28,985 nt of DNA from positions 1 to 28,985 of the IMG/VR virus record IMGVR_UViG_3300008120_000428; one strand, written 5' to 3'. Position numbers and translations under genes: made by a program. The notes beneath the pieces are model-generated. The model ran no database searches. It was not told where the DNA came from and was given only the letters and a program-made list of their open reading frames with translations. This document shows, piece after piece, positions 7,415-17,600 of this stretch; positions within the stretch are counted from its first letter, which is position 1, and each line of letters opens with the position of its first letter. The DNA is from a virus (lineage: Duplodnaviria; Caudoviricetes).

Positions 7415-8977
7415 TCAAAAAGGAGCTGTAGGTAATGTAATTTCACGCGCTACACCTTTAGTAATACGGTATTCGTCAATATAGGCGCGTAACGGCACAT
7501 TTCCGTCGCCAAATCTTATTGCAGTAGCATTAGTAGCAAAAGTAAGATTAGGCTCTGTAACAGGCGTACCACTAACTCCATTAAGGAATACCCTAAAAGT
7601 AGAGCCGTTTCTCGTTACCGCGAAATAACTCCACTGATTAAGTGGAATAGCTGAAGGAGACGAAGCTATAATAGCGCTAGGGGTTGTAAGAGCAAAAACA
7701 CCACTTTGACGAAAATTGATAAAAAGAAGATTGTCAGTAGTCCGGAAAAGATCGGGGAATCCACTAGGTATTGTTAGTAAATATACCCACCCTTCGATAG
7801 TAAAATCTTCACTACCAAATGCAAAATCAAGGCTGGAACTAGAGTAAACCACGCCGCTATTAATTAAAATACTGCTCCCACCAAATTTACTTTGATCTGT
7901 GCTAATTTTGACATTTCCAGTGGTCGTAATAGACTTGGGATTAGAACTACTATCGATAATATTGGTACTATTATTATCGCCATTTCCCGATAATAATAGC
8001 ACTATTTCGGGGTCGGGTGGCGGGGGGTCTGCGGGACGAATAATATTTTGTAAGCAGTATATCGTAAATTGATTAGGAAGATTAACAATTTTTATTGGTC
8101 TGTTTGGCAATACGCCAGAGCAGTAAGTTAAAAATTGATTAGGAAGATTGATTTCGTTATTAGAATCAGAAATAATTGTTGTTTTACCTATTGAAAAAAT
8201 CCGAAAAATGCCGCCTTCGTAATCAGCAACTCTTTCTAGTCTTGGTTCGTACAAAGCCTCACCAATTAATTCCAGTTGAGTGCCTGGAAAAGCATTTTTA
8301 AGAAAATCCAACACAGAAGCAGGATTAAATCGCACCTTAAATATTTCGACAATAATGGGATTTAATTTGTTAGCCATATTTAGCCCGTTAAATCTAACCC
8401 ACACTTCGGTATTTAACCCCGTGTAACCAGTAATTCTATTAATAGGAGGAGCAGTATAATAAACAGTAACTAAACTTCCATCAACAATTTGACTATTTTC
8501 TGGAATAAACACTTCTCCCGTTTTAAGATTTACTCGATAATCTTGATTAAAAATTAACCCACTTGGATTTACAATCGTTAAATTCCCAACATTTGGGCGA
8601 TTCAAAGAAAAAGAATACCCTTTGTAAGCTGTGTGGATTTCGTTAGAAACAGTTGCTTCTAACAGTTTTAAACTGGTTCCAAACATTGCTTGAGTGAGAT
8701 TTTCAAGGTCAACGTTTTCTAACCTAGCTGTTACCGTCAAAGATTGCCCTGGATGAAATACAGCGTCTCTTCGATTTTTTCCTGTTATTGACTCATTGTG
8801 TTGCACCGTTTGAACCGTTGGGGCAATACTAAAGCCTTCTTCCGGGACGTTGCCTACAAATTTAGCTTTATCTTCTGCCAGTTTAGTTATAGAATTAATT
8901 GGAGCAAAAAATAATTTTCCTTGCCCTAAAAGATAGTTTGTTTCTTGTCCAGAAAACACTTGTTGAATTGCTGTCAT
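7415..8977 (-). CDS. Second tail-tube paralog fused via a Pro-rich linker to a LamG/ConA-like lectin domain
   Basis: The first ~262 aa align end to end with 24074-24862 (GQETNYLLGQGKLFF...NAFPGTQLELIGEALYEP). C-terminus has KFGGSS, DFTIEGWVY, QWSYFAVTR, FLNGV, YIDEYRITKGVAR. Confidence 0.88.
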   Translation of the reverse strand: MTAIQQVFSGQETNYLLGQGKLFFAPINSITKLAEDKAKFVGNVPEEGFSIAPTVQTVQHNESITGKNRRDAVFHPGQSLTVTARLENVDLENLTQAMFGTSLKLLEATVSNEIHTAYKGYSFSLNRPNVGNLTIVNPSGLIFNQDYRVNLKTGEVFIPENSQIVDGSLVTVYYTAPPINRITGYTGLNTEVWVRFNGLNMANKLNPIIVEIFKVRFNPASVLDFLKNAFPGTQLELIGEALYEPRLERVADYEGGIFRIFSIGKTTIISDSNNEINLPNQFLTYCSGVLPNRPIKIVNLPNQFTIYCLQNIIRPADPPPPDPEIVLLLSGNGDNNSTNIIDSSSNPKSITTTGNVKISTDQSKFGGSSILINSGVVYSSSSLDFAFGSEDFTIEGWVYLLTIPSGFPDLFRTTDNLLFINFRQSGVFALTTPSAIIASSPSAIPLNQWSYFAVTRNGSTFRVFLNGVSGTPVTEPNLTFATNATAIRFGDGNVPLRAYIDEYRITKGVAREITLPTAPF

Positions 8978-9006
8978 ATTAAATACTTTTATTTTTAATT
9001 ATAAAC

Positions 9007-10005
9007 TTATAAACTAACCAAAGGCACACCCGAAAGATTAAAAATCACCCTTCCTGTTGCTTCTTCAAAAGCATCAAACCTAAAAGCGATTGCGTCTTCT
9101 CCAAATCTAACTAAAACTTCCCCCTCATTTTGCCAATTAAAATACTTAAAGCTAACAGCTTTTCCGCGACAAACGCGAAACAAACTGATTAAATATTCTA
9201 ATTCAGATTTTAACAGGCCTCGCTGTCCAATTTCCCAACTTCCCCGGTTTGTTGACCACTCGCTGATTCTCGTTTCATGCCCTGAAACTAATTTTTCGAT
9301 CCGAGTAGCAAACTCGTTGCCCCCAATTGAATCGTAATCGTACCCTAGATCAATTCGATGATTTAAAAATTCAGGAACTGAATCAAAAGCTAAAGGAATA
9401 GTAGGCAAAAGTTTGATCTCGGTTAAACTCAATCCCTCCCAATTAAAAAGCTTTCTTCCAGTACCCGGCTCACAAGCCTGAAACCGAAGATTAATCTTAT
9501 CAGACTCAAATCTAACCGGCACATCAAACTCCCCTGATACTCGAATCGTACCCGTTGGCACTGTAGCAAAAGTAATCACCCCAGTATTGTAATCTAACGA
9601 CCAGCCTTGACTAACCGCCACCTCATTAACAAAGACCGAAACCGCCCCATTAACAATCTTTAACAACGGTCGTTTAACACTACTCCCCACCACAGAATAC
9701 TCTTTAAACAATTGCGCTTGTTTATTGGCATTAAGCGTGATTACCGTATTAAAAGTATAATCCGACCAATCCTTGAATCTAAACCCTTCATAAGCCCCTT
9801 TTCTAGCGGCATGGAACGCTAAAAAATATTCTAACTCCTGATTTAAACAACCCTTTTGCCCAATATTAAATTTAAGCAAAGGATAAACCCAATTTACTGA
9901 TCGAGTTTCCGTACCAGAAAAAGTCTCCACAATTGCCGTGCTAGTGGTAATCGTGGCAGTTGTGCCGTAGGTAATTCCTAAATCTAATCTCTCTTCAACA
10001 AACAT
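9007..10005 (-). CDS. DUF2460 (TIGR02217; GTA g12/distal-tail-like) protein with tandemly duplicated domain; probable ATG at 10005
   Basis: FHAARKGAYEGFRFKDWSD, GEFDVPVRFESD; second copy LFRVCRGKAVSFKYFNW...VRFGED. Confidence 0.85.
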   Translation of the reverse strand: MFVEERLDLGITYGTTATITTSTAIVETFSGTETRSVNWVYPLLKFNIGQKGCLNQELEYFLAFHAARKGAYEGFRFKDWSDYTFNTVITLNANKQAQLFKEYSVVGSSVKRPLLKIVNGAVSVFVNEVAVSQGWSLDYNTGVITFATVPTGTIRVSGEFDVPVRFESDKINLRFQACEPGTGRKLFNWEGLSLTEIKLLPTIPLAFDSVPEFLNHRIDLGYDYDSIGGNEFATRIEKLVSGHETRISEWSTNRGSWEIGQRGLLKSELEYLISLFRVCRGKAVSFKYFNWQNEGEVLVRFGEDAIAFRFDAFEEATGRVIFNLSGVPLVSL

Positions 10006-10080
10006 AAAACTGTTATAATAAAAGAGTTTTATAGCGTTGCGGCTACGAAACACCTAACTTTGGTCTATTTGTTCTGTTTG

Positions 10081-10112
10081 AAAAACTCTTTTACTTGGTT
10101 AAGAGAGTTTTT
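10081..10112. terminator. Hairpin terminator downstream of the NlpC/P60 gene
   Basis: AAAAACTCT...AGAGTTTTT inverted repeat with A/T tails on both sides. Confidence 0.55.
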
Positions 10113-10114
10113 TG

Positions 10115-10528
10115 CTATTCAACCCCTGGAAACCGAAAAGCCGCTTTAATTAAAGTTTGCCAATGATCATCTAAGCAGTGTTCCACACACTTTTTAGCCA
10201 TTCGGTGAGTGTGAATTAAAGTAAAATCCTCTCCCTTACAAGCCAAAATACCGCAATGCCGCCAGTCCTTGTCAGCAAACATTAAAATGTCCCCTGGTAA
10301 AGGATTTTCTATTGGTTGGCCGCACTGTTTAACAAATTCCTCAAACATCTCCACCCCTTCCGATCGCCGTCCATAACCGCTAATCTCAAACTGAGTTAAA
10401 TTTAATTCCCTCGCCACAATCAAAATCGTGCCAACACAGTCCACCCCCACCCCTTTAATCCGGCCTTGGTGAAGATAAGGAGTTCCAATAATTGATCGAG
10501 CGCTTGCTATTATTTCCTCACGAATCAT
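10115..10528 (-). CDS. Phage NlpC/P60 cell-wall peptidase / tail assembly protein (GTA g14-like)
   Basis: ARSIIGTPYLHQGR, GVDCVG (Cys), PGDILMF, RHCGIL (His), LIHTH. Confidence 0.92.
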   Translation of the reverse strand: MIREEIIASARSIIGTPYLHQGRIKGVGVDCVGTILIVARELNLTQFEISGYGRRSEGVEMFEEFVKQCGQPIENPLPGDILMFADKDWRHCGILACKGEDFTLIHTHRMAKKCVEHCLDDHWQTLIKAAFRFPGVE

Positions 10529-11394
10529 CCTTGATCCTCCATCGAGATATAAGCGTCTAATCCTGGGATTTTGTCTTCCCCCCCAAAATTTATCTGATTA
10601 TTGAAAGAGCGACAAGCGTTTAAAGTCTTCTGGCAACTAGGTCGCGCCCTAAAATTGTGACCCTGATCGGGGGTTACAGGCAGAGGTTCTGTCAGGAAAA
10701 AAGTATTTCCTAACTGTTTTATAATCCCCACCGTTAGCCCTTGATTAGGACCACTTAGCCAAATCAGGTTTCCCCCAGTAAACCTATCGCTATCACCTCC
10801 CCAACTGGTAAAAAAGCTTAATTCCGTTCGGCCATCGGTAACGGTCAAATTAGTCGCAAAACTATCCACGTTGACCGCGCACTTGGAATAGCCTTGATTT
10901 ACCCCAAAACTATAACGGCAATTGGGAGAAGTTGCCCGAGGAATTTTGGCATCAAGAAAGCGACTTAAACCCATTACCTCAGCCGTAAACTGTCCATCAG
11001 AATAACTAACCTTGCCCATAACTCGCACTGGCAAAAGTAGAAATTTAGGAGAATTACCACTTAAAGTCGTGGGCAAATCAAGATAGTTAATTAAAAAAAC
11101 TTGGATTTTTGCGTAATCCAAAAATCCAAGTCTTACATCCGTCAAACTAATTCCATTATCGCTAATTAATCCCGTTAATTCGACATTGTTCGACTGAAAA
11201 GACAAATCAGACGCGATCGCAGTTGGGGACAAACCATGAAGCGATTTATAGGTCACTCCATCAATGACCAAATCCTGATCCAATTCCGTCAACCCGAACA
11301 CTTCCCCGTCTCGGCGCTCAATCTTAGCGCACCGGATCACCGTGCGCGTTTCCGCCGTCAGCGCGGCTAAAAAAGCAGAGTTTAAATTTTTCAT
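10525..11394 (-). CDS. DUF2163/BR0599 tail hub protein (TIGR02218; GTA g13-like)
   Basis: IERRDGEVFGLTELDQDL, CRYSFG...C, FTGGNLIWLSGPNQG, CQKTLNACRSFNNQINFGG. Confidence 0.9.
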   Translation of the reverse strand: MKNLNSAFLAALTAETRTVIRCAKIERRDGEVFGLTELDQDLVIDGVTYKSLHGLSPTAIASDLSFQSNNVELTGLISDNGISLTDVRLGFLDYAKIQVFLINYLDLPTTLSGNSPKFLLLPVRVMGKVSYSDGQFTAEVMGLSRFLDAKIPRATSPNCRYSFGVNQGYSKCAVNVDSFATNLTVTDGRTELSFFTSWGGDSDRFTGGNLIWLSGPNQGLTVGIIKQLGNTFFLTEPLPVTPDQGHNFRARPSCQKTLNACRSFNNQINFGGEDKIPGLDAYISMEDQG

Positions 11395-11395
11395 C

Positions 11396-11631
11396 TGGCT
11401 TAAGCCCGGCTTAAATTCACATCAGCAAACTTGCTAAAACTTGATAAACTATGTATAAAAGATCAATTGCCGAAAGCCTTATCAAATCAGCGTAATCACG
11501 GAGAGGGTGGGATTTGAACCCACGTTAGGTGTGACCCTAAAGCAGATTTCGAGTCTAAATTTTTTTTTGAAAAGCTTATCTATCAAGGGTTTTAGCTTTT
11601 AAAAAATCAATTGGCTTAATTTTGGCTCACA
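11396..11631. other. attP-like site: tRNA-derived core flanked by paired arm-type repeats
   Basis: TGGCTTAAG (11396) and CGGCTTAAA (11407) on one side, TGGCTTAAT (11612) and TGGCTCACA (11623) on the other, each pair 11 bp apart. AAACT(T/A) repeats at 11427, 11437 and 11446. GAAA(G/A)(C/G)CTTATC at about 11472 and 11569. Confidence 0.75.
11499..11556 (-). tRNA. 3' half only of tRNA-Ser(CGA); att core, not a complete gene
   Basis: The minus strand reads AGA-CTCGAAA-TCTGC, long variable arm TTAGGG-TCAC-ACCTAA, T-arm GTGGG-TTCAAAT-CCCAC, then CCTCTCC-G. D-arm and 5' acceptor strand are absent. Confidence 0.88.
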
Positions 11632-14600
11632 CTCTAGATAAATATTCGGCAATTGTCCGCCCAATTTGTCGCTCGGAAGCGTTAAAGGCCGACGGGTTCG
11701 GAGCAGTCACATTGACCGTGACCGATCGATCGCCCCCATAATTTGATACTTGTGTAGTTTGCCCAAAATTATTAGGCAAGCGGCCAGCAGTAGGCATTCC
11801 ATAATTTAATCCAGCTAACAAACTTTCATTAATTCCGATTGTACCCCCATCAGCAAAATTACCAATTTTAGCTAAAGGATTTTTGCCTAATTGAGCCTTT
11901 AATCTTTGATATCTTTGAGCCTCTCCGGTGCGAAGACCAAGAATTTCTTCCCCTGGGGTAAATACCGCTAACACTCCCTGCGGTCCTTCTTTTCTTAAAG
12001 CATCTTGAATTCCCTTAAAAGGATTGCCCTGAGCGTTGCCGAAGGGCAAATTCGCAACTTTTGCGGATTTGACCGTATCCCCTTCCGCAAAATTAGGAAT
12101 TGTCCCCCCATCGGCAAAACCAGGAATCGGCAATTTTAACAGTCGGAATAGTCCCCCGATCGCCATCCGTGCCGCAATTTGAGCTAAGGATTTTAGAATT
12201 GATTGGGCCATATCGAGAAAAGCATCCCCGATTGACTTGGTTCCAGTCAGGGTATCTTCTAGAAAAGTGGCAAAAGCACCAGAGGCAGTGTCTCTGATTG
12301 TTTCCCCTAAATCTTTAAATTGCTGATCAATCTGTTCTAGATTTAATTCCAGCAAAATGCCCGCGTTTCTAATTAATTCGTCTCTTGTTTGTTCATCAGC
12401 CGGATCGGTGTAGCGTTGTCGAATAGCCTCTATTTCCTGCTCGTAGCGCAACAATTCTGCCCTAAAAGCTAATTCCTCTCGCATAGCCGCCGCTTCAAAG
12501 GGTTGGCCAGACCTTTCCAATCTTGTCGCCCGCGCTTCTGTTATTCGGCTTTCCATATCGAACAATTCTTGCTGCCGTTGCCAGCGTTGATTGTTGTAAT
12601 TATTTTCGATTCCTATCTCCCTTAACCGCGCCTGTTCTTTGGCTAAGTTAATTCTCAACTCTTGGTCAGCAAGATTGGGGTATTGCTTTTTAATTTCGAG
12701 AATTTCTTGTTCTAATTGTTTCTGGGATTGCAATAATTCCAGTTCGTTGATTTTGCCTAAATTACTCAAACTTTGAGCGATCGCTAACCGTTGGCTAATT
12801 AATTCAATTTCCTGAGTTAAGGATTTTGATTGGAATTGATACTCGATTTCTCTTTCTCTTAATCGTGCCTGTTCTTTAGCCAAAGCTAATCGTTTATCTC
12901 TATCCTCACCCTCAAAATCTTGGGCGATTTGTAATAAATCTAATTCTAATTGTTGCCGAGATTGCAATAAGGCGATCGCTCGTTCCTGCTCAAGATTATT
13001 TTGCTCTTGAGCGATCGACAATTCCGTGCTAATTCTTTCTAGATCAGATTGAATAGTTCTCAGTTTAGCTTGCGCTCTAACAAAGTTTTCAGCGTCAATT
13101 TGTCCCTCTTTTAACTGCCCCCTTAACTGCTGAATTTCGCTCAACATCCCTGAATAAGTGGCTTTATCCTGTTCAAGCCGCCCGATTAATCCCATTAGAA
13201 AACTAGCACTTTCTTTATCCACTTGATTAGTCGAAGTGCTTAGAATTTCTAAAATTGGCTTCATTTGCCCTAAGAGATTATTTAAGCCTTGAATGTTATC
13301 AGTGAGCCCTCTTTCTTGCTCAAATAATTGATTATCCAAGTCACGGAATTGATTTTCTACCCCGCGCAATTCGGTTTCTAATTGTGCGCTTTGAGTTTGG
13401 GGACTATACTGCGATCGAATGTCTTGCAGACTATTTTGAGCATCAATTACTGATTGGGTACTTTGTCGGATTGAATCGCCCATTTGTCGCAAGATGTCCT
13501 GTTGAGTTTGTTGTAACTCAATAAGAAACCCTTCAATCTCTTGACGAACACCAGCATCGCCTAAATTAACTTGATTTTCCTTGATTTGAATCAACCGATT
13601 AGTTAATCCTTCAGCAGCGGCATTATTAACGGTAGGAACTGGAGGATTGGGGACATCGGGTTGATTAGCACTAGCGACCTGACTCGCTTGCTGAAATTCC
13701 CGATAATACTGCATAACTATTCCGACATCTTGAACCGTGCCGCGAGCCATTTGATTATTTCTAACATTACCTGGCCCTGCTTTGTAAGCTGATAAGGCTA
13801 ACTCAATATTCCCCCCAAATCGCTCAAGCATTCTAGCAAGATATTTCGCTCCGCCAATTAAATTTTCAGCTACTTTATCAGGATTTACCCCTAATTCTCT
13901 AGCTGTACTACGCTTTAATTGCGCTATTCCCACCGCGCCAGCGGAACTCGTTAAAATCTGTCCAGGGCTTTTTTCTTGCCTAAAACCCGATTCCTTTCTA
14001 ACCAGAGCGGCAAATAATAATGGATCAATCCCAGCTTGTCTAGCGGCGCTTTCAATCAAAGAAGCAAAAGGAACATTCGGCATCCCTCGGCGCGGAGTAT
14101 TCCCTGGATTATTAATTTGCCCCGTTGATTTTCCATCAAGATCAACATAAAGTGATTTTGCTCCCGATTGAACTACCCAATTAGCTAACTTGGCAATTTG
14201 AGCGGGATCGGTGAAAACAAGACACCCCGCACTTCCTCTTTGTAAATCTTCTAAGTGAAAACCAATTTCTGATCTTCCCGTGGAAAAATTTGGTTCAACT
14301 CCGATCCATGCAGGGCCAACAGTTCCTAGTGGAATTTGACTGGGATTATAATTTGCCAACTGTCCAGAATTAAACTGTTCAAGATAACGAGAAGCATGAT
14401 TACGATTAATAGACCAACTGCCATCGGGAAGTGGAGTTTCACTGCCACGAATATTAGTTTTATCCGTGCCAATTGTGGACTGGGTTGAAGGACGACCAGT
14501 AACGCCTCCGATCACCGTATCTACTACTTTTCCGTCTTTGACAAGATCAAACTGAAGAATTTCTAATCCTTCTGGTGTTTTTTTTCCAGATCGCCTTACA

Positions 14601-17600
14601 AGAATATTTGATCCTCTTTGCAGATTTTGCGGCATTTGTTGCCGAGTATTCCCTGGAATATTCACCCCCCCGCGTTGAATAGTTCCTAAATTGGCAACTG
14701 AATCAAGGTGTAAAAATTGTAATTTTTCCCCAGTGGGTAAGGTCAGTTCTACCGTGTTACCGTTGCCTCTAGTGAAAAAGCTTCGGGCTGAAGATGCCGC
14801 GCCTCGAAATTCTAGAGGGGTTCCTTTGGGGAATCCAAAATCAAAAGCGTAATGCTCTCTAGAAGCACCCGGAACGGGAGGCCGGCGAATACCGTAGCCG
14901 CTAGTAATTTTGTTAAGTTGCTCGCTTAAAGGTTTGCCATCTACATAAACCTGTGAGAAAAACTCTCTTAAGCGAGCTTCGCTCATAATATTTCCCTTCG
15001 CATCCCGTCCACGAATATCAAGATGAGATCCTGACCCTATGCCTGTATCGCCTATTTTTCCTAAACTGAATCGCCCCGACGCTGACGGCTGACCACCACC
15101 CGACGGCTGACTACCTAACAAGCCCTGACGGAATAACTCTAAAGCTTCCGTGGCTCCCCCCAAATTGCGAGTGAAATTCTCTAGCTCAACCTGTAAGCCG
15201 CGCCGCTCCCCAACAAAGTTAATCCTCGCTGACCGTTGCCCTAACAACTGCTCGACAATTCCCGAAGCCCGGTCAAAAATCCCTTGAATTTGTCCAACCA
15301 GTCCATTAACAAAGGTATTAGACCCCGGCACTAAGGCACGCTGTAATCTGTTCTTAATATCGGTGTATTTCAACCTGTTGAGAATTCGATCGACCTCAAC
15401 AATCGCTTCATCAATTCGTTGGGTAAGGTTAAAGAAGAATTCCTCAACCGAATTATTCAGGTCTGTGATTCCCGATCGCGTGCTGGAAATTGACTGCTCT
15501 AAATTTTCCTCAGCTTGTCCTAATTCGTCTTGTAGCCTTAATTGTTCCTTGAGAGTATTAAGGACAGCCGTTTCCTGTTGGGAGCGGTTCTCTGCAATTA
15601 AGCGGTCAATGGTGGCCGTGTTTTCAAGATTAACCCCCATATCCTCTGCCTGTTGCCGAAGTTCCGTTAGCACGTCAGCAAAGTCAGGTTTAGTTAAAAT
15701 TTCGTTCACCGCTCCCAACTGGTCACGCAGAAAAACTATCCTTGCCTCTAAGGTATTTTGTTCAATTTCCTCAAGCCCTAAGTCCCGAACTTGACTCCCT
15801 ACTCCCGCCGCCCTTGCCCGACGGATAAACTGGACTCTGGCATTGGTTGCGTTGCGTTGTAGAGTCTCGTTGAAATACGCCGCCTGTTCGTTAAGATTTC
15901 GTAGAGCCAAAGTCAGCGCGTTGACGCTTTTTTGCAAATTTGACATTAAATCGTCAAACGCAGTCGAGGTCTTATCAATATCTTTTAATCTATGCTCTAA
16001 TTGCGCTCTAAGTGCTTTTTCTGCCTCTTCTGTAATTCCCCGTCTCGCTACTAATTCATCTAAGGTTTTTAGCTGTTTTTCAATTCTAGCCTTGCTGTTT
16101 TGCAAGGCTGTTTCAAAATTAGCTGTAACATCAAGCCTTTTATCTCTTTCTTCTATAAGTTTTTGCTGTTCTTTAATTGCCGCTTCATAGCGTTTTTTAT
16201 CCCCCGCAGGGATGTTAAATTGTCTAGATCGAGCTTTAGCTAGTTCTTTGTCAAGCTCACGAATTTCTTTAATAGTTTTTTCAACATTAAATTGTTCCAT
16301 AAGATTACTATCTACCTGAGATAGCAACCCTCCTACATTTTCCTGAAAATTAGCAAACTCTTGCTGTCCTAGAGTTGTTAACATAGGTTCAAAACCTAAA
16401 GCTTTATCAATGTTGTTTAAAGACTGCCTAGCACCCTCTAAATTAAAACCAGTATCCCATCCTAAAATATTCCAGTTTCGAGAGGTTACGATTTCTTCTT
16501 CGGTTTTAGGTAACTCTTTAGGTATAGTTTGAGTTGCTTTGCCCACATTGTCTAAAGCTTCTTTTAATCGATTAGCTTCCTTAGTTGCTTCTTCAATATC
16601 TTTTTTCAACTCAGGGAACGCATTATTAGAAAGAACATAAATCGCCGCTCCCACAGCATCAAAAGCGAGAGTAAGTAAAGCAAATTGCCCTAAGAATATT
16701 AACAGTTCTTTGTAAATAAGTTTAAAAGCTGCCACCGCTATTCTAGCCAATACAGATAGAACAGCTTGTACAGATTTCAAACCTCCTAAAAATTTTGCTA
16801 ACTCTATAGATATTTTAGCAAAATCAATAAATAAAGCCGCCGAGAAAATACCGAGGTAACGAACGACAATCGGAATAATTTCGCTGATTTTTTCAATTGC
16901 CGCCGCAAAAAAGTTAAAGAAGGTTTTTGCGGGAGCTATCCACCCCTCAAAACTTCTTTGTAGATTAACGATCGCATTTTGGAACCGAGTTAAAGCTTGA
17001 GCCGTTGTCTCGGTTCCCCCCGCAATTTTGGCATTTTCCGCCTCATAAAGAGCCGCAACTTTGGGGAACACATCCTCAGCCATTAACAAGCCGTCGCCCA
17101 TCATTTCACTTAATTGCGCTGGATTAACCCCCATCGATCGAGCTACTGTAGATTCAAAAGCCAAACCTGGGATCTCGCCCAGCTGGCCACGCACTTCCTC
17201 GGCGGACAATTTTCGCTTTGAGATCGCCTGGTTAATTGCCGCAAACATCCGCCCCTGTTCTTCATTAGATAAGCCGCGACGAGCGGCCGTTTCTTGAAAA
17301 ACACTAAATATTCGATCCGCTTGTTTTCCTTGCAATACAGTGTATTTTGTTACTGCCAAAAAGCCTGTATAAGCCTCCTCAGCCGTTTTTAATTCAACCC
17401 CTAATCTTTGCGCTTCCTCTCGCACAAAAGCTAATCCTTTAGCTCCGGCTTCGGCACTTCCAGTCACCGAAGTTAACGCTAATCGCATTGACTCTAATTC
17501 CAAAACAGCGCCAAAAGAAGCATCACCTAACGCAGTAATTTGACCGACTAAAAGCTCAAAAATATTATTTAAGGCAACCCCCGCCGCTAGTCCTAAAATT

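Noticed and set aside
6227-8140. Diversity-generating retroelement TR/VR pair
   Set aside because: Mismatches are not adenine-specific, many are synonymous third positions, and there is no reverse transcriptase in the window.
3381-11394. Gene transfer agent or contractile injection system
   Set aside because: Integrase, attP, lambda-type portal and a very long tape measure indicate a temperate siphophage; no sheath or baseplate wedge genes.
11499-11556. Functional phage-encoded tRNA-Ser
   Set aside because: The D-arm and 5' acceptor strand are missing and the sequence upstream is an A-run; it fits an att core.
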